Shown in pieces: positions 51,962-64,000 of a stretch of 64,000 nucleotides of DNA. Each line of letters starts with the position of its first letter. Position 1 is the stretch's first letter. Made by a program: the position numbers and the translations under genes. Where the stretch lies: assembly GCA_964016885.1 (NCBI GenBank), contig OZ024756.1, positions 24,800,001 to 24,864,000 on the forward strand, given 5' to 3'. This stretch comes from Eledone cirrhosa (lineage: Eukaryota). Under the pieces are notes generated by a model. The model made no database searches. It saw only the letters and a program-made list of their open reading frames with translations, and was not told the DNA's origin.

Positions 51962-52547
51962 AATGTGTGCGTATGTATATATAATGTATCACTCTGTTGT
52001 TTAACTGCATGTCAGTTCTAATGAAAAGCATTCCAGCTGTCACTATTTTGTCTTTTTATTCAGCTGCTGTGTACACATACTGTGACATCTACACCCACCC
52101 TCACACATACCTGCATAACAAAATAGATGGTAGTGTGAAATTTTGGGGGAGATTTTGGCTGCTATTGCAAGCAGCTTGAACAACTATCTCTGTGCTAAAA
52201 CAGGAAAGGGTCCATGAACCACCGAAAAGATCCTTAACTGTTGATGAAATCGTAGGGGCGCCTTTCTGACACACGCATTTTTAAAAGTAATGGAGCTCAT
52301 CCCTTTCCTGATCAGAACACAGGCGATTTGCTGAAGTGGGCGGAAAGAGAGAGAGAGAGAGAGAGTGAAGAATTGACCCCAAAAGTAGACTGATACTTTA
52401 TTTATCGACCTCATAAAAGGGTAATGATAAAAGGTGGGATATGAACCGCTGATAGCTGCGATGAATACTGTCAACCATGATGCCCTATGCTCTAACAACT
52501 CTGCTAATTTGCCATCAGAAGTTTAATTTTGTTGGATGCAGTCATTG

Positions 52548-52599
<52 letters not shown>

Positions 52600-52693
52600 G
52601 TTTGTGTATGTTTGAATCCCTGTAGCGGCGGCAGGCCACATTCGTCCGTCTATATGGGTATTTTACCCGATTTTTTAAAGTCATATATATATA

Positions 52694-52754
<61 letters not shown>

Positions 52755-52873
52755 TAAAATAACAGATTAAAGTTTAAGCAAAGAATCGCTGCTTTCACCC
52801 TTATCGAGTCCTCTTTGGATTTTAGTCTTCATCTTTATTAAAGCAGCGATTCTTTGCACCTGCTTCGGTGGAA

Positions 52874-52912
<39 letters not shown>

Positions 52913-52927
52913 TATATATATATATAT

Positions 52928-53565
<638 letters not shown>

Positions 53566-54275
53566 TTGGTGACGGTGTAGGCGAGGGTGATGATGATTGT
53601 AATGGTAGTGTTGGTGATGTTGGTGGCAGTGTAGGCGAGGGTGATGATGATTGTAATGGTAGTGTTGGTGATGTTGGTGGCAGTGTAGGCGAGGGTGATG
53701 ATGATGGTGGTGGTGGTGGTGGTGGTGGGGGGGGGGGGGGGCAATGATAACCGATCATCAAGATATTGAGGACAATTACAATCAGTAAAGCTGATCACGC
53801 TATTGATGTATCAAGAAACATTGATAATGTGCTGTTAACGTTTGGTCAAGATTTTAATCTAATGTACATGTTTGTGCGTCGGTGGGTGTGAGTGTGTCTG
53901 TGTATCTGTATGTTTATGTGTCCACTATGTGTCGGTGTGAATGTGTGTTTCTGAGTGCGCCTGTATGTGTGCCTGTGTGTGTGTGTGTGTGTGTGTATCT
54001 GTATTTTGTATGAGACATGGTGTGTATGTGTATGTGTCACTGTGTCATGGTGGGTGTCTATGTGTGCCGGTCTGGTTGGTGGACAGCTGTTCAAGAGAAA
54101 GAAAGCATGGGGCACACAGACATACACACATGTATAGAGAAGGTGAGGCAATTATGGCCGGGTTCGATCCCACTGTATGGCAACTTGGGCAAATGTCTTA
54201 TACCTTATAATATAGCTTCGGATTGACTAATGACTTTGGTAATACACTTCGGTAATAAAAACACCAGAAAGTCGT

Positions 54276-54388
<113 letters not shown>

Positions 54389-54561
54389 GTATATGTATAT
54401 ATATGTATATGTATATGTATATATATGTATATATATGTATAAGTATGTACATGTATATATATGTATATATATATATATGTGTATATGTATATATATGTAT
54501 ATATATATGTATATATATATGTATATATATATGTATATATGTATATATATATATGTATATT

Positions 54562-54602
<41 letters not shown>

Positions 54603-54798
54603 AAGGAATTGTGGTAAGGAACCAGATGGACCATAACGCACCAGAGTACTAAATACTTAGGGTAGAAGAGTGGGAAATAGGAAAAAGTATGACCCCCGAC
54701 GGCAGAGCTCAAGCCGTTTCGACGGCTATTTCTGGACTCAGAGTCCAGAAATAGCCGTTCGAAACGACTTGAGCTCTGCCGTCGGGGTCATACTTTTT

Positions 54799-54839
<41 letters not shown>

Positions 54840-55001
54840 GTATGTATATATATATACATATGTATGTATATATGTATATATTACCTTAACCTGCTGCCCA
54901 AACGCAGGATATCCTTTTCTTTTACTCATAAAACATTCCGAATTAAAATAGTTGCACATCAGTAAGAGATATCATTTCATTCATTATATTCAGATTAATG
55001 T

Positions 55002-55080
<79 letters not shown>

Positions 55081-55264
55081 TCAGGTTTGAGGTTCACCAC
55101 TGTATAGAGCTGGTCTATTCCGTATGGTCAATCGTAATGCAATAATATAGAGAGTACTCAACGTAAAGCAGTTCAACCGTCTTTGTTTTTGTAGTTGGTG
55201 GTGCTATTACGGAGTTAAATAGCCCCATGGATTTTACCTATTACATTCATGTATTATATTTCGA

Positions 55265-55322
55265 ATACCTGATGATATCACCGGATTCATACGGAACCCG
55301 GTCATTGAAATGATCATAGTAT
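55265..55322 (+). ncRNA. Minimal hammerhead motif (same family as 9913-9970)
   Basis: ATAC-CTGATGA-tATcACCGGaTTC...GAAcCCGGTcATt-GAAA-TGATCA-TA-GTAT. Confidence 0.85.
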
Positions 55323-55444
55323 AATAAACCTTTCAAGGATTTACACAAATCCAGCCTCCTGTCATTTCATTATATTATATATATATATATATATATAATT
55401 CAGAATATTAATAAATGAAGACATTCACATAATCAAAATATATG

Positions 55445-55506
55445 TTTTATTATATATATTTCGAAGGTACTGTGCTGTTTTTTCAGTACTTCCTCGTCAG
55501 ATAAAA
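55445..55506 (-). ncRNA. Minimal hammerhead motif (same family as 1666-1737)
   Basis: TTTTAT-CTGACGA-GGAaGTACTG...CAGTACcTTC-GAAA-TATATA-TA-ATAAAA; N7 change and G-C to G.U change both keep the fold. Confidence 0.85.
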
Positions 55507-55567
55507 TACATGAATTGATATATGACATACCTCAACGGTCTTGATGGTTCAATTCCAGTATTGGCAT

Positions 55568-55602
<35 letters not shown>

Positions 55603-55873
55603 CATCATAAAACATGTCTATAGAATCACCAGATAAAATATATACCATTTCCTCTCCCAATTAGCATAATTAACTATATAAAAAATCGAATAGACCAGGC
55701 TATAAGAATAAGGCTTCTATGAAGAAATCTCCAACAAATAACCGAAACTAGCCCTTCGCGTCGGCCGCGACGGAATATTTATCAAATATTTCGACAGCGT
55801 AATCGCCCAGATACAGTCAATTAAACAGAATTAGGTGTAAAATAAACTAGGAGAAAATAGAATACATTTAAAT

Positions 55874-55949
55874 ACCTCTACCATGGTTTCGTCCGCATTT
55901 TGAGATTTCCAATAACTTTGGAACTCGAGCATCGGACTCATCAGGAGAT
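55874..55949 (-). ncRNA. Type I hammerhead motif with extended helix II
   Basis: ATCTC-CTGATGA-GTCCG...CGGAC-GAAA-CCATGG-TA-GAGGT. Confidence 0.87.
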
Positions 55950-56149
55950 TTGCTCCGATCCAGACATTAAATTTTCCAAAGTGATCGCGCCAAGAATTCA
56001 TTCAAAAATGGCTAAGAATCGTGACGTAGCAGCGGTCAGGTTGGAAGGAGTGTGGTAGTTGCTTACGGCTGGTGGCTTTTTGCTAGAAAGCACAGCACAA
56101 TACAGCCAAATTTGTATCTCAACCTAATGGGAGATTATTACATATAAAA

Positions 56150-56193
<44 letters not shown>

Positions 56194-56612
56194 GCATATA
56201 TATATACATATATATATATACATATACATACATTTATATATATATATATATATATGCATATATATATATATACATATATATATATGTTTGTGTGTATGTG
56301 CGTGTGTACGAGTATATGTAGCAATATCCGTAGGTGTGAAAAGGAAAACAGTGCTCAATCGGGAAGAGAGCAGAGATATTATATTATATATTTATGTTCA
56401 TACACGGATCAAAGGCGCTATCTAAGTTTTCAAGGCCCAAATTTCTTAGAAGATACTTGATATATCCAGTCCTTACAGCAATGGTACCAAGCAATGTTGT
56501 CACTGTCTGAAGGAGAAATTTAGGATATTATAAGATTTGTTATTCATCTCTGAACAATATTTACTTGAACTCAAAGAGCGAAACCTTGGGTAGCACTTTA
56601 GTTTCGTGTATG

Positions 56613-56731
<119 letters not shown>

Positions 56732-56752
56732 GTATATATATATATGTATATA

Positions 56753-56943
<191 letters not shown>

Positions 56944-56950
56944 GTATATG

Positions 56951-57077
<127 letters not shown>

Positions 57078-57360
57078 GTATATATATATATTGAAAGGAT
57101 AACAAGGACGATTGGTTACTCCTTCATTACATTTAATGGTACGTGACGCGCGTTTCGCCACTGATCAGCTCAAGGTTCGATCGGGTAAGATCGATACAGA
57201 TCGAACCTTGAGCTGATCAGTGGCAAAACGCGCGTCACCTACCATTAAAGGAGTAATCAATCGTCCTTGTTATCATTTCAATATATTACACTCTGTATAG
57301 CTCTACACCTCATCACAAAAGTGAAACTCAACTTCGAGTGCTCACCCGGGTGAACCTGCA

Positions 57361-57399
<39 letters not shown>

Positions 57400-57402
<3 letters not shown>

Positions 57403-57596
57403 CGAAGGAAATGTGGTAAGGAACCAGGTGGACCATAACGCACCAAAGTACTCAATACTTAGGGTAGTAGAGTGGGTAATAGGAACAAGTAAGACCCCGA
57501 CGGCTGAGCTCAAGCCGTTTCGACGGCTAATTCTGGACTCAGTCCAGAATTAGCCGTCGAAACGGCTTGAGCTCAGCCGTCGGGGTCTTACTTGTT

Positions 57597-57599
<3 letters not shown>
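57400..57599. mobile_element. (TA)n-embedded fold-back element with half hammerhead (other copies 1846-1950, 20055-20235, 22394-22480, 54597-54801)
   Basis: Perfect inverted arms; GTC-GAAA-CGGCT tgagctc AGCCG-TC-GGGGTC; shared tail tactctaccctaagtattgagtac. Confidence 0.7.
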
Positions 57600-57650
<51 letters not shown>

Positions 57651-57773
57651 GGAGGTGAGTTTTATTGTAGTACAATAAAGCAATGCAGATATCGGATAAG
57701 AAGCACTCTACAGTTTGTAGGACTGGAGTATACATAATATAAGATCAAAAGATGTTTAAAGGAGTTCCATGTA

Positions 57774-57840
57774 TTTTATTATGCGCATTTCAAAAACAAA
57801 CATCATCATGCAATAATATTTGTGTTTTCATCAGATAAAA
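57774..57840 (-). ncRNA. Minimal hammerhead motif (same family as 37734-37800)
   Basis: Same core and TGCGCA palindrome; two helix II changes give G.U pairs. Confidence 0.85.
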
Positions 57841-57911
57841 CAGGAGAACATGATATGAAGGCTAAAAAACACTTGTGGATAGTGCAGTTTTAAATCAACA
57901 TATCATTAATG

Positions 57912-57975
<64 letters not shown>

Positions 57976-58218
57976 CATTAATCTGAATATAATGAATGAA
58001 ATGATATCTCTTACTGATGTGCAACTATTTTAATTCGGAATGTTTTATGAGTAAAAGAAAAGGATATCTCGCGTTTGGGGCAGCAGGTTAAGGTAATATA
58101 TACATATATACATACATACATATGTGTGTGCGTGTGTGTGTTATGTACATACTAGCATAGTACCCCACAAAAATAACAGAGTATATAGTAAAAAGTTTGT
58201 TCTATCTATCTCTTTCTC

Positions 58219-58315
<97 letters not shown>

Positions 58316-58399
58316 TGCATGAGTATGAGTTGTGAGACATAGTAGCTGGTATTTGTGCAGATTAATTATTCCTCACTCTCGGTTGCTGGAGATGGTTAG

Positions 58400-58960
58400 A
58401 TTCGACATTTTTATAATACTATAACAATTGACTCTCCATGTCTTTCAAGCCATGGCCACGCACTCAGTGTTCTTTAAAGATATGCCAACAGCTTCAGGAT
58501 TACCATTTGGCTTGTCCTTATACTTGAGCCATGGCTTTCTTATATTCCTTTTACCCCTGGGAAGGTGATTGTACATGAAGGCCTTGGGTATTTGATCGTT
58601 ACACATTCAGGTAATTAAGATTGTACAAGGAAAGTCTTGATGCTTTCAATTTGCAAGTATGCAATCATGAACTGTACGAAGGCAACACATCTAATTGATT
58701 TATGTGTGCGAGATACGTAGTTCAGGAACAGATCTCTATAAAAGTGTAGCCACTTTAATATCAGTTTCCAGCTTTTGCCCCTCTAATTCCAGAGACGATG
58801 AGGGGTTTAACAAATGCACTAGAGGCTTTAGCAATTCGATGAACAATCTCATAATCAAGGGGTCACTTTGAGTTCACTTTGCTACCCAAGTATGTAAATG
58901 ACTTAATATATTTGAGATTTTTCTCTTCTATCTTAATAGGGGTAGATGGAAACTGGTAAA
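58400..58960 (-). mobile_element. Decayed RTE-clade LINE fragment
   Basis: Minus strand IKIEEKNLKYIKSFTYLGSKV...DYEIVHRIAKASSAF; later GKRNIRKPWLKYKD. Confidence 0.7.
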
Positions 58961-59519
58961 CGGGTGGTTTTTGTTTAACATCTCTTATCTGTTTGGGTGT
59001 AGGGTGGTTGGTGGACAAATTTGGTCTTCATTATGGTGTGTGTGTGTGTACGTGTGTATGTGTGTGTGTGTGTGTGGGGGGGGGGGTTACGTTTGTATTT
59101 GTGTCTCTGTTTATATCTCATAATTTAACGTTCAACGAAAACAGAAATAAAATACAATAAGAGATTGATGAAATAAGTACCAGATTCGATATAATAACCT
59201 AAAATAAAGGTGATGCTCCAGCGTGGCCGCAGTCTAGTGTCCAGAACTAGGAAATGAATAAAATAATAAAGAAATGACTCATAAAATAAATGAGTAGTCG
59301 ATGTACCCGTGGTGTTTGAAGACACGTGATATTCCGGATTACACGATGAATATTCTACATGGGTGGAGTTATTGTTGAAATAACGACCGAGACAGAAAGG
59401 TTAGAAGGAAGAATAGAAAGACAGAGGAAAAGGAAAAACGGAACAAAAGAGAGAGAGAGAGAGAGCAAAAGAACATAGGTTTTAAAAAAGGAAAAATATA
59501 ATAATGTAAAAATAGAGAT

Positions 59520-59553
<34 letters not shown>

Positions 59554-59595
59554 AAACAAGGACGAATGGTTACTCCTTCATTACGTTTATTGGTT

Positions 59596-59679
59596 GGTGA
59601 AGCACGTTTCGCTATTGATCAGCTCAAGGTTCGATCTGTATCGGTCTAGCCTGTTCTGTAATCAATGGCTCGTCGGACC
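59596..59679 (-). ncRNA. Hammerhead motif, C4 variant (family also forms the fold-back at 57090-57285)
   Basis: GGT-CCGACGA-GCcATTGAT...ATCAATaGC-GAAA-CGTGCT-TC-ACC; sister copy reads ATCAGTGGC-GAAA-CGCGCG-TC-AC. Confidence 0.65.
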
Positions 59680-59708
59680 TCTGTGGTAGTAATATATATA
59701 TCATTCTC

Positions 59709-59754
<46 letters not shown>

Positions 59755-59883
59755 GTCAAAAACATTTTCATTATTTTTATAATTTAAGAAATTATTCATA
59801 TTCTTTAGCATTATATATATTGTGTGTGTGTGTAAATATATATATATATATATATACGCACACACACATATATATATGTATAC

Positions 59884-59952
<69 letters not shown>

Positions 59953-61319
59953 AATCAATAAAGCAAAAAAGCAAAGCAAATATTAACCGAGAAAACCCAA
60001 ATATAAAAATAATTTAATGCTAAAGAATATGAATAATTTCTTAAATTATAAAAATAATGATAATGTTTTTGACGTTTATGACAACAATGGCGGTCGTAAA
60101 CCTATTAAAACTAGACAGAAGATTCACGAAATCAATTCATGAAATGGTGGGAAATATAAATATATAAAGTCATATACAAAGAAAAATTGTCGGACAAAGA
60201 ATTTACTTTTCCCAGCCATAAACGAGTATTGTTGTCTGTATCTTATACATTTTACCAAGAACAAAAAAGACACGCATTTATTTATTCATTACTATTATAA
60301 AATAAATAATAATAAATAAATAATTGTTTCTACTTTAGGCACAGTGCATTACTGGTACTTTATTTTATCGACCCCGTAAGGATGAAAGGCGAATAAATAA
60401 TGAATAAATAATGTGGATTGGCAGTATCGGTAGAGAGACGGACGCCATGCTATGCAGTGTAGAATTACGGTCCTTTACGGTCTGAGTTCAATTCCGCCGA
60501 GGTTAACTTTGCCTTTCATCCTTACGGGGTCGATAAAATAAAGTACCAGTAATGCACTGGATATTTCCTGGCCTTGTGCCAAAAGTAGAAACAATTATTA
60601 TTATTATTATGAGTTCAAATCCCGCCGAGGTTAGCTCTTCCTTTCATCCTTACGGAGTCGATAAAATAAAGTACCAGTCACGCACTGGGGTCGATTTAAT
60701 CGACTTTCCCCTCCCCCAAAATTGCTGGCCTTGTGCCTAAAGTTGAAACAATTATTCCTGACATTGGCTTGGATGGATGGATAGCAAGTTCAATTGGTAA
60801 TCATTAGATCTAGGGTTCGATCCCACTGCATGGCATTTTGAGCAAGCGTCTTTACCATGGGCCTGGGTTGACCCATGCATTCACGGCATAGAGTTGCGGC
60901 CCTTTATGTTCTGAGTTCAAATCGCGGAGAGGTTAGCTTTGCCTTTCAACCTTACGGGGTCGATAAAATAAAGTACCAGTAACACACTGGGTCGATTTAA
61001 TCGACTTTCCTCTCCCGCAAAGATTGCTGGCCTTTTGTTTAAATCAGAAACCTTTAAAAAGTGCAGTGGATTGGCAGTATTGGTAGAACGCAATATTTAT
61101 ACCGCAATATGCTTTGCGGTATTAGTTACGTCTCCTTATGTTCTAAGTTCAAATCCCGCCGAGGATTTCCCTTTCATCCTTACAACGTCGATAAAATAAA
61201 GTACCAGTAATGCACTGGGATCGATTTAATCGACTTCCCCAAAAAATAAAAATTGCTGGCCTTGTGCTTATAGTAGAAATCCTTATTATTAACCTCACCC
61301 AGACTATGGTCAATTTCCA

Positions 61320-62290
61320 GAAATCCTTAACCTGACAGTGACCCCAGTAGTACTGTCGGTTCGAGACAAACTCTATAGGCACACAAGTGCCGTCAGACGG
61401 ACTTGTTCGAGATGTACACAGAGCGATGAAACTGTTCTGCAAGTAGGTGTGCTGTGTCCGAGTATTGCTGATTTGTGGAGTTTTGTCAAATGGCTATTAT
61501 CGTATGTATGTCGGATCAAACTATCGGCCGACTCCATCGTGAAGATCACCCCGCCGCCTCCTTTTGACAGGGCAGGCAATTTTCTCCTGCCTGGTGGCTG
61601 TAGCGAAGAAGGTTGTGTGGTGTACTCGACTGAAAGGACTGAAGACAGATACTTTCCGCTTCAGCCAAGCCCTCATCGACTTTTTTAAGTTCCACTTGGA
61701 AAGGAAGGTGAGGGTGGGGAGTGCTGCCCTTTAGTACAGGCATGTCAAACATGCAGCCCTTTACAAGCACACCTGCGGCCCGCACAAAGGTTTTTACAGC
61801 GCGAGCATGTTTTATCTTCGTAATATAAAATTTTAAAAAATGTGTTGTAATGTCCGTAATTAGTTGTCGTGTGTGGCCCTCACACAACACATATGTGGCC
61901 CATGTGGCCCTCACACAACACATATGTGGCCCATGTGGCTCTCGGGGGACCCTCAGTTTGACATGCCTGCTTTAGTACATTTGTTAAAAAGTGGATGAAT
62001 GTAGCGAGGATGGTCCGAGTGGATGGGCCTATTCTGAGCATGTACCTGTAGGCTGGAGAGTTCAGAGAAGAGAGGGACACCTTCCTGTGGTGTTCTTAGG
62101 GTGTTTTCAGATATGTGATGTTCCTAAACTACCCCTGGGTGGTGTTCCTCCCTATTGTGGAATTCTGTTGTTTTAATTTTGTTGTTATTTTATTTGTATG
62201 CACGTTTCATATTATATATAAATCCCCACTGACCTTGTTATATTTCTATTTCCCTTGTTTTTTGGTCCTGGTAGCCAATAAAGAAAAACA
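61320..62290 (+). mobile_element. Tx1/L1-like LINE 3' fragment with RT zinc-binding motif, interrupted by a hAT MITE
   Basis: LSVRDKLYRH...TCSRCTQSDETVL...CPSIADLW; homologous to 23825-24470. Confidence 0.75.
61737..61969. mobile_element. hAT-type MITE
   Basis: 14-bp perfect TIRs caggcatgtcaaac / gtttgacatgcctg; 8-bp TSD ctttagta. Confidence 0.92.
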
Positions 62291-64000
62291 TATTAACCCA
62301 ACCAAAACAAAATCTGGTGTCCTTGACACTAGGGCCACTTCCCTACTCGCCACCATCAGCACAGAGTTGACTACCCGCAGGTGTGAGCCTCGTGAACTGG
62401 AATGATTCTTCTAGCGTGTCTCCCTCACCATCCTCCAAGGAAACGAATTCTCTAATGTGTCCACTGGGGCCGTGCAGCGGTCAGTCCTTGGGTCCCCATT
62501 TGCTCATAATAGTTGTTTCTATTTGTTGTACAAGGCCAGCAATTATATTACTGGTACTTTATTTTATCGACCCCCGTAAGGATGAAAGGGCAAAGTTAAC
62601 CTCGACGGGAATAATAGTGAGAGATGGGGAGAACGACTGAGGTGGAGGCAGTTTGGTTCCTTTGTTTCTGAACCTGGTGTATATGTATGTTTCATAAACA
62701 ACTACAGAACACACCAGTGGTGGTGAAATCACACACGTGCACAGTCTCCTTACTTCACAAAATTTTATTTATTATTTCAGGTCATGTTAAACGTCATATA
62801 AACGTGTTCAATTTTTTTTTTTAAACTACCATGTTGGGGTGGGATTAAGGTATTGTACGCGTGGGATTGGCAACAACAATAAAAACATCATCAACAACAA
62901 TAGGATTAGTACGGGAGTAAATAACTAGTTCTGGGTTTCGTGTGTATTCACGTGGGGGAAAATGCTATCACGTGAATTCTTTCAACAGCCAGACGCAAGA
63001 AGTTATTATTTATTTATTTATTTATTTATTATGCACCTACACATTGCTTTGTTATTATTTAATACAAAGCAAAGATTTCACACGACAAGAAAAGGAATCA
63101 ATTAATAAATCTTTCAACGACGAATTCACTTAATAATTACAATAGCGCGATTATAACACTATTATGAAAGAGGAAGTAAAAACGAAACAAAGATTTTAAA
63201 ACATATCTGAATATATAAATAGATAAATAAATAAATAAATAAATAAATAAAAATAAAAGGTGATCACATTTTAAAAAATGTGGTGGAATTCTTATAAATA
63301 CTGGGGAGAAAATATGAGAACCCATATCACAAAGTTCTAGCAAGACTGATTTGACAAAGCAAGGAATATTTATTTATACCAAGCAATATATATTTATACC
63401 AAGCAATATATATTTATACCAAGCAATATATATTTATACCAAGCAACCATCTTTGTAAGTAAGTAGTTTTATATTTCTAATCACTCGTTGGGGGTTGTTC
63501 GAATCAACCAAAGTGTGTTGAATTTCCGTTAGTTCCAACGATCAGTCTTCTGGTTGTTCGAACAATGGAACAACCAGCTCGGGAAATTAGCGTACAAGTG
63601 GTTCTCAACCAGATTTAGTGTGACAAGTTGTGACAAGACTGACCATTTGAATCACATCTACTCTCCATCTTGTAGTATAGTGTAAGTTGCTGAACATTCC
63701 ACAGACAAATGTACGCTTAACGAAATTTCTCAGGGAGATTCAACCTGGCACAGTTTGTGTAACAAGGATGGTCCTTTGAATTACAGGTACAGATTATACT
63801 ATAGTATAGTGTAACTGACCGAGTATTCCACAGATATGTGTACCCTTAACATAGTCCTCGAGAAGAATTAGTTTGTCACATAGCTGTTCGTTTGGGTTAT
63901 TAGTATAACTAATTTTTGCCAACTGAGTAAACTGGAGCAACGTGAAATTAAGTGTCTTGTTTCAGGACACAACGCGCTGCCAGAAATCGATCTCACAATC

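Overview
AT-rich, microsatellite-laden animal genomic DNA. An octopod cephalopod origin is my inference from the SINE/LINE repertoire and is not proven. The window holds the 3' part of one large + strand gene, fibrocystin-L (PKHD1L1-like): 21 GT-AG coding exons (237-39512) join in frame into 1903 aa, covering PbH1 beta-helix repeats, a G8 domain, two furin-type sites, one TM helix and a 7-aa tail, followed by a probable 3'UTR exon. Introns and downstream DNA carry tRNA-derived SINEs, RTE/Tx1/Dong/CRE LINE fragments, hAT/mariner/piggyBac MITEs, minisatellites and a 200-N gap. The main hidden signal is a swarm of short elements inserted in (TA)n runs, many of them fold-backs, that encode minimal type I hammerhead ribozymes (helix I-CUGANGA-helix II-GAAA-short, usually palindromic helix III-UH-helix I). 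I count 16 motifs with the canonical core plus several variant or half motifs, from more than ten sequence-unrelated families. This fits remnants of Penelope-like pseudo-LTRs or retrozyme-like elements. They include U3:A8-covariant and C4/extra-A core variants, and several lie in sense orientation in the PKHD1L1 pre-mRNA. All folding was done by eye and no cleavage activity is shown. Most ORFs in the supplied track are microsatellite artefacts.
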